DNA of 64,000 nucleotides. It comes from Blastocladiella emersonii ATCC 22665. Lineage: Eukaryota > Fungi > Blastocladiomycota. A program made the position numbers and the translations under genes. Under the pieces are notes generated by a model. The model was not told where the DNA came from. It did no database searches and saw only the letters and a program-made list of their open reading frames with translations. Each line of letters opens with the position of its first letter. The stretch's first letter is position 1. Shown here one piece after another: positions 1 through 12,523 of this stretch. The stretch is from assembly GCA_025594325.1 (NCBI GenBank), contig JANHCV010000004.1:1-64000 (forward strand), read 5' to 3'.

Positions 1-3
1 TCA

Positions 4-279
4 AGCTGGTTGAAGGCCCATTAATCACAGTATCGACCCAACAAGATATTTGACCATGGAAACATAGTAAACCAGCCACGCGGATAATTGTCATGGTACT
101 CAATCAAAACCATATTCAAGTCTTTGCTTTCCCGCACGTCCAGCTGGTTGAAGGCCCATAAATCACAGTATCGAACGAACAAGATATCTTACCATGGAAA
201 TATAGTTAACCAGCCACGCAAATGATTGTCATGCCACTTAATCAAAACCATACTCAAATGGTCGATTACCCTCACGTCC
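4..279. repeat. 138-bp tandem repeat, two ungapped copies (probably continuing left of the window)
   Basis: AGCTGGTTGAAGGCCCAT... starts at 4 and again at 142. The copies align without gaps with about 20 substitutions counted by eye. The repeat is AT-richer than its flanks and every frame read contains stops. Confidence 0.9.
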
Positions 280-432
280 AAGCGGCCAAGGACCCAAACC
301 GCCAGATACCCAAATCTACGACCACGTTGCGCACACTCCACTAGCCAACTCTTCGGTCAATTCATTGCGTGTATATTATGATTCGTGGAGGGTCCGATTG
401 GGCCGGACATCCCCCTCTCTGCTGTGCAGACA

Positions 433-2338
433 TTTTTTTTTGGAACCTTTGATTTATTCCTTAACAGCGGTTGTAACCTGCAAGCAGAGTATTCACCGTA
501 CGACAGGCGCCGGCCTTTTCTGGACGAGCTGCAATGCAGCAAGGCCTGGACCACGCACGTCGAGAAGCAGAGGGGAAGAAGTGAGGGAAGGAGGGAAGAC
601 AGGACAAACGGACGGAGCAAAGCAGACCAGTAGCGTCAAACGAGCAGTAGCGAGAGAGGGAGCGAATGAACAATAATCCAGACCGAGCAGGGCGACATGC
701 TGGGCTGGCCAGCGAGAGAGCGAGGGCACGCCGGAAAGCCAGTAGCAGTACTGTGGCTTTGGCCCTGGCCCGAGAGGAATGTCAGTTTTTCTCTATCTTC
801 TTCTGTTTTGTCTTTTCTTTTCTTTTCGTTTCGTTTCTCTTCTTTTCTTTTGCTTTAATCAATGCACCAATGGGCATGATTCAGCGACGACCACGCGGTT
901 CCTTTGGAGTTGTCACTTCAGGATGTGCCTTGGGGAGCCGAGCAGCCGAAGACGGACGGAGGGATCTGCTGCAAGAGCCGCCTGGGCCGCAGTGGTGGGC
1001 GGGCACACGGGCGGGTCTTCTTCACGCCCAGAGGGGTTGGGGGCGTGGGAGTGCATCGAGCGCAAGCACCGCGTGCAGCAGTGGTTTTGTTGATGAACTT
1101 GAGGGTGGCCCTGCTGTGTTGACCAAATGGACGTCGGACGCGTGCGCTCGCCTCGCGGGGCGGAGCGTCGGAAAAGTTGAGCGGGTCGACCTCGGCGCAC
1201 CCAGCGGCATGGGGAGCCAGCCGAGTCGCCAAAGGGAGCGCGAGGCCGCGGAGGTGATGGCCGCGAGGACGGGCCGCGAGAGGGCGCGGTCGAGTTGGAG
1301 GGCCCGCGAGCCGAACGATACGTCGCGGACGCGAAGAACGCAGCCGGCGAGGCGGGAGAGGGCGTCGGGGTCGCGCCAGATGGAGGCCGCGAGTCGAGTG
1401 CCAAAGTTGTGGAGGGCGTCGGTTGCGCCAGCAATGGACTCGCCGACCATAGTGTAGCCGGGCGTGCTGAGGTCCTCGCCTTGGATAGGAGAGAGAGGCG
1501 GTGGTGGTGCAGATGGAGGTGGAGGTGGAGTGGGCGCATTTGATTCTCGTGCAGTGGAGGCGACGGCGGCAGTAGCGGCGGCGGCGGCGGCAACAGAGGC
1601 AGCGGCGCGGCGAGCGTAGCGCTCAATGGACTTTTGGGCAGAGCCCAGCGCGGCGGACACGGCCGCGGCGTTACGGGTGCAGATCATCCAGTGGCTTCCG
1701 TCGTCAATGCCTACTTGGCACCTAGGACACACCGGTGAAGTGACTAGAGTAGGATGGCGGGCGTGCAAAAGTGAGCGAGTGGGTGTGATCCCAAGGAGGT
1801 GGCGAACGCGATAGACGATGTCGCGGTTCGCAGCGCTGGAGGTGCGCTTATCGAGCGGGCGGGAGCCGGAGCCAATGGCCAGTGAGGTCGCAAGCATATC
1901 AGGGTGCTCATCGGGGTCAGGGGAGGTGTGGAGGGAGGAGAGGAGGGCAGACTTAGAGCGCAGGGTCGCATCGCAGCGTGCAGTGGACAGGATCTTGAGG
2001 AATGCAGTAGAGGATGTGGGAACGGGGACGTCATCAAAATACAGCGCATGCTGAACATCTAACCAGATCTGTTTGGCGAAGGGCGGAGCGAGGACGAGCT
2101 CTTGGGCCAGATTGACCCCGTCAGCGGCGAGCCCGTCAGCGATCTCGTTCCCCTCAACGCCGGCGTGCCCGCGGACCCAGGAGACTGTGAAGGTCACGCG
2201 GCGGGCACGCGCGGCTGCCACTGCAAACGACCATGCGTCGGTAGAACTGAGGGATGAAGGAAAGCCAGAATCAGACGAGGAGAGGGAAAGTAACGATTGG
2301 GCGTGGCGGCGGGAGGCTGATTGCATCGAACCAGCCAT
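433..2338 (-). mobile_element. 5'-truncated non-LTR retrotransposon (LINE) remnant: RNase H C-terminal half, C-terminal zinc knuckle and 3' UTR
   Basis: ORF 1022..2338(-) contains SDS...WVRGHAGVEGNEIADGLA (RNase H) and CPRCQVGIDDGSHWMIC (CCHC knuckle of LINE ORF2). There is no RT or endonuclease upstream. On the minus strand AATAAA (453-458) precedes an A9 run (433-441). An alternative end is the A-rich tract at ~785-855. Confidence 0.8.
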
Positions 2339-2509
2339 CCACCCGCCGCAGGAGGCAAACGCCGCTTCACCTCAATGGGCACTTATTTCGCCAGCTCGTC
2401 CAAAACACACAGAGGCTATTGATGGGCGGGTCGCATCGATGGTGCATACGCGCTTCAGCCCCACACAAATCTCTTAACTCTTGGCCCGCAAGTGTATCTA
2501 ATGTCACCT

Positions 2510-4756
2510 TTAATCCGTTTGCACTCGGCAATGGTGTACCTCGCAACCGGCTGCCACCAGTGCATGCATCCAGTACTGCTGACCGTCAGACAAGGTGTCG
2601 CCTGGGCCTTTTACTTCGACAAACAGAGCTCGAGGCTGTGGCTTTGTTCTCCATAGGAACAGATCTGGCATTCCGGATTTGGCGTTGTTGTAGTCATAAG
2701 CAAAAAGCTCGCATATTTTCGCCATGGCACTCGCGCCAATACACTACAAAGCAGCAGATGCATGATGAGCGCAACGTTTGCTAACAACAAGTTCGCCACC
2801 ACGAGTACCAGTAGAGCCGCCATCAAATCGTCAAGCTTCAGCTCCCAGTTTACTCCTACGATCCGCGTTCGGGACAGACAGTGTTCCTTATACTTGGCAA
2901 AGAACAAGTCAAGGTGCCGTCCTTGCCGAATTAGCTCCAGCTTCAGGGTGATGAGCGCCGAGCGGGACTCAACGAAATGGCGTGACCCGAGATCCAGTGG
3001 GGCTGATTGATACTCCGTCTCGAGAGCACCTGGGATGCCTTCTGCAAACAATTCGTTGTAGAAGAGGATGCCAAACAGCGTAGGCAGCAAGGAGTTTTCA
3101 AAGTGATAACCACGCCAATTGTAGCGCGCGTAGCGAAAGAGAGCATAGTGCTCAACGAAGCCGGGCTCGCCTGGCATGTGGTAAACTGGTCGTGTCCCTG
3201 TTGAAGGCTCACGCACGGCGCCGTGCAAGGTAACCAAAGCGGGCCCGTACAGCAGGGTTTCGCGATACGCGTCGGTCAGAGGAATGTTGAGCCTTGAGAT
3301 CCGCCGCCGTAACGAGATTTGGCTTCTTGGCGACACGCGAACATCAGTCAGACCTTGTACGCAAACCTCGTACGTTTTTTTGTGGTCCTTGGAAGAAGAA
3401 TGGAGGTGGAGAGCAAGAAGTTGGTACCAATCGCCGACTTTCCCTTGAGAGTGTGTTCACAAAGGAGACGTAAGCAAGCATGGAATAAAGCTGTCGTGTT
3501 CAGAAGACGTACCTTGACGATAGGCCGTCTGGCGAATCAACTGTCCACACAGATCGATGAGGATAATGTGCTGACGCTCTTTTGCGAGCCAAACAAGGTA
3601 CTCTTCAATTGCTTTGGTTAGCGGCCATCCTGAACGCGTCTCGGGTGTCAGGTATCAAAGCTGCGGTTTCATTTTAGCGAGCGTACCAGGACAAAACCGT
3701 TGGAAAAACGGTAGACCACTGACGTGCCGCTCAGTCAAGGAACTTCGCCACTTGGGCAAGACAAGATCAATGCATGCAGTGGCCTCGGCGAATGAATTCG
3801 CTCCCTGCATGGAGTTCAGAAAGGCGAGCGCCGCTTCGTAGGATAGCAAGTGTGAACGAGTGGGAAAGACAAGGGGTGACCGGATGCACTCGTATTTTGG
3901 GTAGCAGTGCTGGCCAATGTGCGAGAGTACCGCGGTGGCCAAGGGCTTGCTAACGAAGGTGCAGCTGCGGTAGTAAACCAAATCGAGCCTGCAGATCAGC
4001 TGCATCACAAAACCCGCTAGCTTGACAAATAACCCACAATGCTGACTGACTGCCTGAAGGAGGGAAGCGTCGCGGTTAACTGCTTGAGCTATCCGCGAGA
4101 TACACTCGGCCTACAAAAGGCGCGAGGGCAAGGAAAGCGAGGGGCACAGCACATTCAGCATGTGATCCAGGTTGTGCGCGGTGCGTGACATGTACCTTTG
4201 TCCGACCCGCCTTGCGAACGCTTGGCAGCTCCGTGCGTTGAGTAATTTGTTGCAATGCTTCAAGGGAGAGCGAAGGCAGGAGCAGATTCAGCGACACAGG
4301 CTCACTGTCCTCACAGCCGGAGCGAGCAGCGTGGCCAGCCGTCGCCTCCTCAGTGGTTGTTGTGATCGCGAATGACGCCTTTTGCAGCGACGCAACTGCC
4401 AGCGGGATGTCATTGATCTCGTCATAGGCAAGCGAGCCTACGTGCAGCCATCGAACTTCACGCGTGGTGAGGCGGCAGAACAGCTGCTGCGCATCGACTG
4501 AGTACCGCTCGCAATAGTAACCAACGATGAAAAATGAACGAGGCAGTTACATCAAAGTTAGAACTAGCCAAGGCAGGCTGACCGAGCTTTCCGCAGCGAG
4601 GAACGGCAGATGCTCCAGAGCGGGACGGGTTTGAGAGCTAAACGGACCTGCAAGTTCCCTGTAGCTTTCAATCGCAGCAAGCTCACCTGTGTCGAAGAGA
4701 TGAGCTTCCGCATTCAGCAATGCATCAAGTTTTTTGTTGAACAAATTTCGATACAT
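2510..4756 (-). CDS. FAN1: Fanconi-associated nuclease 1 (VRR-NUC), multi-exon; start uncertain
   Basis: N-terminal YRNLFNKKLDALLNAEAHLF, TPR region GWPLTKAIEEYL, ENSLLPTLFGILF and APLDL motifs, and C-terminal GMPDLFLW...FVEVKGPGDTLSDGQ (PD-(D/E)XK VRR-NUC). Exons are joined by GT-AG introns. Confidence 0.93.
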
Positions 4757-4961
4757 GGTTGGGACAAGGAGCTTGAGGAGCGTGGGTGGCGAGCAACCAC
4801 TTCAGCACTTCGAGGGCCCGTGCGTGGGCCGTCAGTGAGTCAGTCAATTCAACAAGCCAGTCCACACCTCGCCATGTTCAAGGAAAGCGGACAAGGATGC
4901 GCAAGGGATAGGAGATTTATTCGCGAGTTGGCGCCCAATCATACGGAACACATTCATTCAT

Positions 4962-7006
4962 TCAGTGGGCATGGAAGCAGTTGTTGCACTGGCCCGGCTT
5001 GAAAACGTTTTGCGCAAAGTCGTCGCAGCCACAACGTCCGCAAGCCGCCACCGGCAGGGCGGCCGCGCGAGGGCCGCCGACCTGAGTGCGAGCGGGACCG
5101 AAGCCGGATTCATGCTGGATATTTTGGACCTGTTGTAGGCTACCGCTGCGAGACATGTTGGGGGTTGAAGTGGAAGACGAGTGGGTCGATCCAGTGGGAT
5201 GAGCGCGAGCTTGAGCCGCATGGCTGGTCCCGGACGTGCTCCCGCCAGTGCGGGTTGCTTGAAGCGCAGCGAGAACGGGTCGGGGACCCTCCTCAGCGCG
5301 GGATACCGGGGTCGTGTAATTTGAGGGGAACATACCGCGACGGCCATCTTTCGAGCGAGCGTATGTGTCCAAGTCAGCGTTGCTCAGTCACTCGCGCCCG
5401 AACTACTAACAAGAGCTGAGCGCGTACCCTTCTCTCCAATCCACCAGCCCTCGTCAACTTCCTGGATGACCGCGATCAAGTCGCCAACACGAAGAGAAAG
5501 TTCTTGCGTGTTCTCGCCATCGAAATCGTACTCGGCTTGAACCAGTCGCTGAGCGGAGGGTGGATGGGCCGGCCGATTGGGTTCCTGGGGAATGCTGTTC
5601 TGGGGTACAGCTGCCGCCATTGCAGCAGAGCGCGAGTAGTCAGCCGCTGGAAGTGGTGCAACGGCAGAGGAAGCGGCTGGAATAAGCGGAACTGGCTCTG
5701 GCGCGGGCGCAGCACCAGTCACAGGAGTACGGCGCTCAACCGCGGAACTAGTCGAGTTCGCTCGGGACGGTGGACGCGGACGCGCCTTTCCGGCCGTGGA
5801 AACGCTAGCCTGCGGTTGGCCCGTGTGGCTGATTGCGTCGAGACCAGCCGAGGACGAGGACATGGACACGGACGTGTCGCTGCGGGTGAGCAGAGGCTGG
5901 CGGAGTGCTTGGGCAGCTGCAAGTTCACTTCGTTCGTGGTGCGGCGGTTCAACGAGGATAGCCTGGACAGCGGATAACGAAGCTGTGCAGCGCTGGAAGT
6001 ACTCGATCTGTGCAGCGACGAGAAGTTTCAATGCGTTGGTTCCGTCCTCCTATACATCGCGACAACGCAGGTCAGCAACGGTCGGTCCGCAATGAGCTTC
6101 CCACACAATCCGATACCTCGAAATCTAGGAGATACTCCATGCGGGACTGGACGTCCTGCATCGTCTCCTCGTACTTGAAGAGGGCAGCCCGGACCTCCTC
6201 CTCGAGCTCGGGCTTCTCCTTGCGGGCTCGCTGGACGCGGTTCAGCTTGGAGTCGTAATCAAGCCGACGTGACTCAAGTTTCCGGCGAAGTTCCTAAAAT
6301 TTGCGCGAGCAAGCTGGACATGAGAGTGTGCGCGGGCAAGGAGCGATCAGGAGAATACGCACTGTATACTGCTTGCCCTCGGTGACGTAGCTGGCCCACT
6401 CGTGCATGAAGCCGCCTTCAAACTCGCTTAGCTACGCGGGTTGGCGTACGTGGGGCAGCTTAGCTTTCGTCAGGGCCTTTTTGGCCTTGTTGGCGAGTGC
6501 GTGACAAAGAAGCGTACGTAATGAGCTTGATGAGCCCCTATTTCAGCCTGGGCGTTACCGACTGTGGCCAGGACGCGCCCGAAGCGCGAATTAGGCTCGA
6601 GCAGAGCGGACATGGTCAGCATCGTCTCGCCCAATGCCGCAACCGGGATTTGCTGAGGAACGTTTCGAGCGCCAAGAAACTTTTTCTCGCCTATCAAGAC
6701 GGAGGCGTCTTTTGCGTGAGCAGGCGGTGAAACCAGCATGCAAATGAAACTCGCGGCATACCTAGCGTGGAGGCATACTTCTGGGTAACCGCGAACACCG
6801 CTTCAGCGGCATCGCGCCTTACATCCACAGCCCGCTCATGGTCCTTGAAGTCGTCGCTTGTATCCGTCCGACCAGCACTGCCCAGTTTCTCGTTGGTCCA
6901 CTGTGTCAAGGGAGCAAATTTCGGGTGAGCGTCCCGCATCGCCGGCTGCGGACAAGAGATGGGTGAGTACCTGGCGGAGCTTGCCCAGGTTTTTGGCAAG
7001 ACTCAT
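4962..7006 (-). CDS. Endophilin/Mug137-like N-BAR + SH3 protein with a C-terminal Cys/His motif, multi-exon
   Basis: Spliced N-terminus MSLAKNLGKLRQ|WTNEKLG...SDDFKDHE is typical of fungal BAR proteins. SH3 domain AEYDFDGENTQELSLRVGD...GWWIGEK|DGRRGMFPSNY. C-terminus CGRCGCDDFAQNVFKPGQCNNCFHAH. Confidence 0.85.
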
Positions 7007-7361
7007 CTTCACACCTTGCGACCAGTTTGCAACAGGTTTGGTGCAACGAGTGCAAGTAGTGAATGAGCAAAACGCTCCGGATATGCGTGTTGAGTGGTCG
7101 GAGAGCAGGAGCACGCTCGGCCAGCAGTCAAGTGTGGCGTCAGGGGGGCTAAGTGGTGGCGTTGGCGCCACCGCCGAGGAAGCGCCAGCCGATCAGCCAT
7201 CACATGACGGGCGCGTCTCGCGTCGCGCGCGCCCGAGTGCTGCGCTCCATGTCCCGGAGCACGTATCGCTGCCGTCGCCCCACCCCGCTACTTTGGTATA
7301 ACAAACAACGGCCTCGCGCCATCATTCAGTCCATGCAATCGCTTACTACCTTCTAAACTTA

Positions 7362-8424
7362 ATGGATTCACACGGCGCGACCCCGTCCCGCGCCGCCCGC
7401 CTGCTTGGCCCCACCGCCGGGCGGCGCACGTTGCCCCTGGCGCGCAGCACCGCAACCTCGATCGCTCGAATCCGCGGACCCTTGACGGAGGCCGAGCGGC
7501 TTGAAATGGACAATGCCAGGATGGAGGAGAGATTGAACGCGCTTCGGGCCCAGGTCGATCTCCATAAGCAAAAGTCTCGCACGGCCCCAGCCATATGGAA
7601 GAATGGCGGCACCGGCGAGCTCACAAGTTATGCGCGCTCCGTTCTTAAGTCTAAATCCGACTTTTTAAAAGTATGCGCTTGGGCTTCGTCCGAGACCTAA
7701 TGAGTTCAATTCGGTCACTCGTGCTCACTGTCGCCAACGCATAATCTAGGAGCGCTCACTGGATGATATCGAATTTCTCGGACGGGTCTCAGTCCCGTGT
7801 GACCGCGTCAAGGCATCAGAGCCTATTCACGGCGCCTTGGAATCAGAGGAGTTGAGCGAAGAATCATTAAACAATTTGCCAGTGCTCGCGACACAGCCGC
7901 GTTATCAAGCTACTTGGCTTGTTCCTGCGGCAGAAGCACTTGTTGAGCCTCTCGTCCCCTCGGCAGCGCCGCTCGAGCATCGACCAATCGAAACCGCAGC
8001 CGGGTCCGAGTCGAACCGTTGGCCTCGATTGACGTCGCTTCAGTCGGTCTATCTCCTGGACGCAACGCTACCTCAGACATCCCCTGTGGGGTCGCAAGGT
8101 GGTCAGTCCACGGACCCGTGGGCTGGATCAGTTGATGAAGCAGCCAACCGCGAAGATTTTCAACAAGCAGTCGCCGAATGGCGCGCGATGCGTTTGGTTG
8201 CTGACCCAGCTCCCGCCGCGGCCACCACGACTGTCCAGGATGGCAGCTCCAATCGTGGAAGCAGCGTGTTATGGACCGCAGACGCGAATGTAAGCTGCGG
8301 AGTGGGACCGACTTCCGCGCCCGGTTCTGCGGAAGAAATTTGGGTCCCCCGTATTCGTTTCACGGCGTCCGTGCCGCTGCTTGACCAGCTTCTCCTGCGC
8401 AAAGTCCAAAGCGACGCTCAGTGA
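7362..8424 (+). CDS. ZBBX-like ciliary protein without a B-box (exons 7362-7670 and 7750-8424, 327 aa)
   Basis: Phase-0 intron GTATGC..TCTAG joins the two ORFs. Motifs LEMDNARMEERL..IWKNGGTGEL, VDEAANREDFQQAVAEWR and PLLDQLLLRK recall three conserved ZBBX blocks (from memory). Confidence 0.6.
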
Positions 8425-8840
8425 CCGCTACAGCTGCAACAAACTCACTCCGACGTTCACATAAGTTGTTTTCAAATGGATGGGGGCAACTTTGCCCGTC
8501 AACTCGCCAGAATTGCTACGACCGCGGTGAATACATACGTATTGCTCAGTGAAATGGATCGAAACCGTCCCCGACAGTGAGGTTCAGCCCTTTGCGGTTT
8601 GAGAAATGCGTTATTACTGAACGAGGTGGGCGTCAAGCTGATGCGATCGCCGCGCTTAAGAAACAAGCACTCAAGCGCCAGCCCAAACACGTTCCTGCCG
8701 CTACCCTCCTGGCGAAATAAGAATAGGGACGAGCTACAGAGGCGACCGATAGCGCGCGACGCGTTGCCGCGAAGTGATTGAGAACACGATATATCGATTC
8801 ACTTTGCGTAGGCATTGAGAATTCCTGCTACATGGTCACC

Positions 8841-10366
8841 CTACCAAAAGAGCCTGCGCTTCCGACCGGTTGCAGGGGCCTCGCCAGAAGCATTGAACGC
8901 TGCCAAAGTCTCCTTGATATCAGTAAGCTTGGTGAGATCCTCGCCCACAGCCACCATAGTCGGTGGCTTCGCGACAAGGGCCTCGGCAACACGGACGAGA
9001 TCATCACGGGTCACAGCTGATATGTTGTTGACCAGTTCCAGGGGCTCCAAACGCTGGTTCTGTGCGAGAACCTGACGTCCGATGTCCTCTACTGTGATCA
9101 CCTGGGACTCGAGATTCATCAGCAACGATGACTTGAGTTGATTCTTGGCGCGGGCGACCTCCTCGTCCGACAGATTGCGTGCCATGTGAACAAACTCGCC
9201 AGCAAGAACGTTACAAAGATGTGGGTTGAAAGAAGGGACGCAGGATGCCGAGATGCCAAACAGCGAAGTCGAGGAATACGCGTGTTGAAATGCGGCGCAT
9301 GACTCCATCCAACGGTAGCGATTCAGCACGTTGGTGTAGAGGCGCGAGTACATGCCCTTGCCTGGCCCGCCCGCAGAGAAAGCACCGCCGCCACCCATAA
9401 GGACCTGCAAAGTCGAGACAGGGAACATGTCGGGGTGTGTAAACGGCGGAACCGGGAACGCGACTTGGACGTGTGTCAGCGTCTGCTCATAGTTCGGATG
9501 CGTGGGCGGGGGTTTGGGGATGACGAGTTGATGCGAGCCACCAACGTAGGCAGTTTCAATGTCGGAGTGCGTCACGCTGGACGGAGCACGCGTGGAAGAG
9601 GGCACAAAAGCTTTGCTAACAAGGTCGACAAGCTCTGCATGGGCGACTCCAGTCCCTGCAACGACCATGCGGGATGGATGGAGGTAGGTGGCAAAGTACT
9701 CGCGAATCGTGTCCGAAGTCATGTTCCGCGCACGCTGCGGCTCGCAAAAGATGCTGTTGCCGAGGCCGCGGCCGCCAAACGCAACCGCGTGCATCATTTC
9801 GCCAATGAAGGCGTCGGGGCGGGAGTGAAGATCCTCGGCTTCAAATGCGATGGTAGCGCGCGCTTCCGCAATTTCTTCCTCGGTCAACGCGGGCCGGAGC
9901 GTCGTATCAGCGAGAAGCTGGACGGTACGCGGGAGATCATGATGAAGGACTGATCCCTGATACAGGATCGACTCGCGAGTTGCCGTACAGAACAAGTTCC
10001 CGCCAAGCCCAGCCATGGTCTTGAGCACCTGGCTTTCGGTGGCCCCGTGAGTGCTCTAGAACAAACAAATGGAAATCGATGAGTCAGCGGGTAAAGACGC
10101 ATGTTTGCACGGGCCGTGCATGACGTGGACCTAGCGCCGCGACTGCAAGCGTTGACGAGAATCCGCACCTTGAAGGCGAGGCTCGACACAAAATGAGACA
10201 CGCCGCGATCAATAGAAGTTTCATAAATTGGGCCAGCATCGACGTAGACGCCAACTGCAGCGAAGTGCGAGTTGGAGGGCGCAGTGGCAACGCGGATGCC
10301 ACTCGGCAGGCGCGTCATGCAAGTCGATCGCGCGGCCGCTTTGGCGAGCTGTGCTGCTGGTGACAT
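8841..10366 (-). CDS. MAS2: Mitochondrial processing peptidase alpha subunit (a possible extra 5' exon starts at ~10509)
   Basis: M16 peptidase fold [11 protein letters not shown]...VYVDAG and glycine loop [20 protein letters not shown]. An intron lies between LAFK and STHG. Confidence 0.97.
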
Positions 10367-10742
10367 TTAAGTTGCGGTAAGTCCAAGCAAGTTTCATGGG
10401 CGGCAGGAACGCCGGGCACAGAGGGAATCATACCGAGAATCGAACACGAAGATGTCAAGTGGGCAAACATTCGCTGACGGAAGCGCCAAGGGCGGATCAG
10501 AGTTGTCATGTGATCCATCGCGGGAATCCAGATAAGGCCATGTATATTTCGCCGCACGATTTCATTGGAAATTTGTGTAGAGAATAGGACACATTCATCA
10601 TTCAAGATATGAGCATTCACAAACAGGGAGGAAAGACAGGTTGGCCGCGAGTGGGATCCCGTTCGCGCGCATCTGTGACGTTCGCTGGCGGAGGAGACGC
10701 CGCTCTCGCGACACATCGAAGACGCGTACGTTGCGTTGCGGC

Positions 10743-11997
10743 TTAGCTCTCCAGGCGGAGCGTGGACTTGCGGAGGAACTCGACCCACGAGGTCCAGTTG
10801 CCCTCGACGACGGCCCACTCGGGAGTTTGGTCCACGCCGCACCAGTAGCCCTTCTCGTTGATCATGTCGAGCATGTCGTACCACGACTTCTGGGTCGGGT
10901 TGTTCTTGGCCGCGCTGCGCTGCTCGGAGGTGATCGGGCGGTACTTATAGATGGCACGGAGGCCCGAGACACGGCTGAAGTCGCTGACAATCTGGGGGAA
11001 CGTGAGGACCTCCGATGCCAACGGGATACGCTGGCCTTTGGGCTCGTTGCGGGCGAGGACCTTGGCGACCAGCAGTCCCATGTCGTTCTCCGGGTCCGAA
11101 AGCGGGATGCCGACCTCGGGATCGACAGCCGTCGACCACTCGAACGAGCCGTCGGCGAGGCGGGCCGGGGCAAAGTGTGACTGGATGTTGCTCATGTACA
11201 GGCCCGTGTAGATGAACGTGGACGGGAGGCCGATCTCGCGGATGTACTCCTCGACACGGCCCTTGCTCGTGAACTGGTGGCAGTTCAGCTTGTTCTCGGT
11301 CAGCTTCGCGGCGTTGGGAAGGGAGCTACGGACGCGCAACAGTTAATCAGACGAGTTCGAACGGGGGTCACCGGCGCAGAACGCGGCGAACCCATCGGCG
11401 ACGTTGCAGTCACGGCCGTACCTCCAGATGAAGTGCTCAACACCGGCCTCCTTGGCCGCGTCGGCCATCTTCTGTCCCTGGCGAACCTCGAAGTCGAGAT
11501 CACCGCGGGCCAGGTTGGCGGGCTCCCAGAACTAGTACCGGGGGTGTACGGCGCAAGGCGATTTGGTCAGTCATGAGCGCAATGGCGCGTTGGTCCATTG
11601 AGGAACGTACGTTTGTGACAGCGAAGACCGCCTTTGCGCCTACCCAGGACGGGCGGGGAGGAAGGAGAAGTCAGCGGACATCGTGGTGGGCCGGGTTAGC
11701 CAAGCGCACGCCCGTACCCGCAAAAGCAGCGTTGAGATCGGCCGGAATATCCACGTCACAGCGAATGACCTGGGCGCCCTTGCTGGCGAGGTCGCGGGCG
11801 CGCTCTGACTGCGGGTTGCGGGTCAGAGCCCGAACTTTCCAGTTGCCCGACCGCAGCAGGCTGGCGACAACGGAGCCGCCTTGCGTCTACATGGACGATG
11901 AGAGTGAGCGCGCCGGTCCCGATCGCGAGTGTCGTCAGCGAGAACGCACCCCAGTCGAGCCGACGACTGCAATGACAGGAAGTTCAGTGCCAGGCAT
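10743..11997 (-). CDS. NmrA/HSCARG-like atypical SDR, multi-exon
   Basis: IAVVGSTG|TQGGSVV Rossmann motif, VRALTRNP, HQFTSKGRVEEYI and TFIYTGLYMSN. Confidence 0.92.
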
Positions 11998-12523
11998 GGT
12001 TGGTGTTGTTGCTGCGACGTTGGCAGTGAAGGTGAGGAACAGTTGCAGCTGGTTGAGCACTCGACGAGGGGGAGTGGCGGCGTCAGCGGAGGGTGGAAAT
12101 CTCGCGGAGGAGGCGCGTCGGGCGCGCGGGAAGGCGTCGCGGCCAGTCGCAATTTGCCAGACTGAAGGACGGGCGGACGAGATCGGGATCCTGCCGAGCG
12201 AGGACGAGCGGGCTCGATGCCCACAGTGGGGGACGCAGCGAGTCTCCCGGCACGACTGACTGACGCGTCAAGGACGCGTCGCGTGCGTTAAGGCGCACGT
12301 GACGGCCTGCCTCGACGATGCGGTGCGTGTCCTGGGCGGGGTGCTGCCCCTGGCCCGCGTTTGTTGAGCTCTCTCTCTCTGCGTGTATGCGAGACGAGTA
12401 ATTGGAATTGGACGCGTGGAGGAAACCAACAATCATAATTTTTATAACTCTTCGTATTTTTTTGGCGGCGATGGTGGCGGTGGCTAGGACGCCAGCGGGG
12501 CGCCGCATCGAGCGAACGGGAAA

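Noticed and set aside
1-300. Recoded stops (TGA=Trp, TAA read-through) in the 138-bp repeat
   Set aside because: Stops differ between copies and frames, most substitutions are non-synonymous, and neighbouring genes use the standard code.
314-441. Possible 5S rRNA or Pol III gene (ATCTACGACCA start, T9 run 119 nt later, small hairpins)
   Set aside because: No box A/C match and no 5'/3' helix I pairing. The T run is better explained as the minus-strand LINE poly(A).
778-2506. AATGTCA at ~778 and ~2500 as a LINE target-site duplication
   Set aside because: Only 7 bp long and separated from the homology boundary by ~200 bp of probable FAN1 3' UTR, so likely chance.
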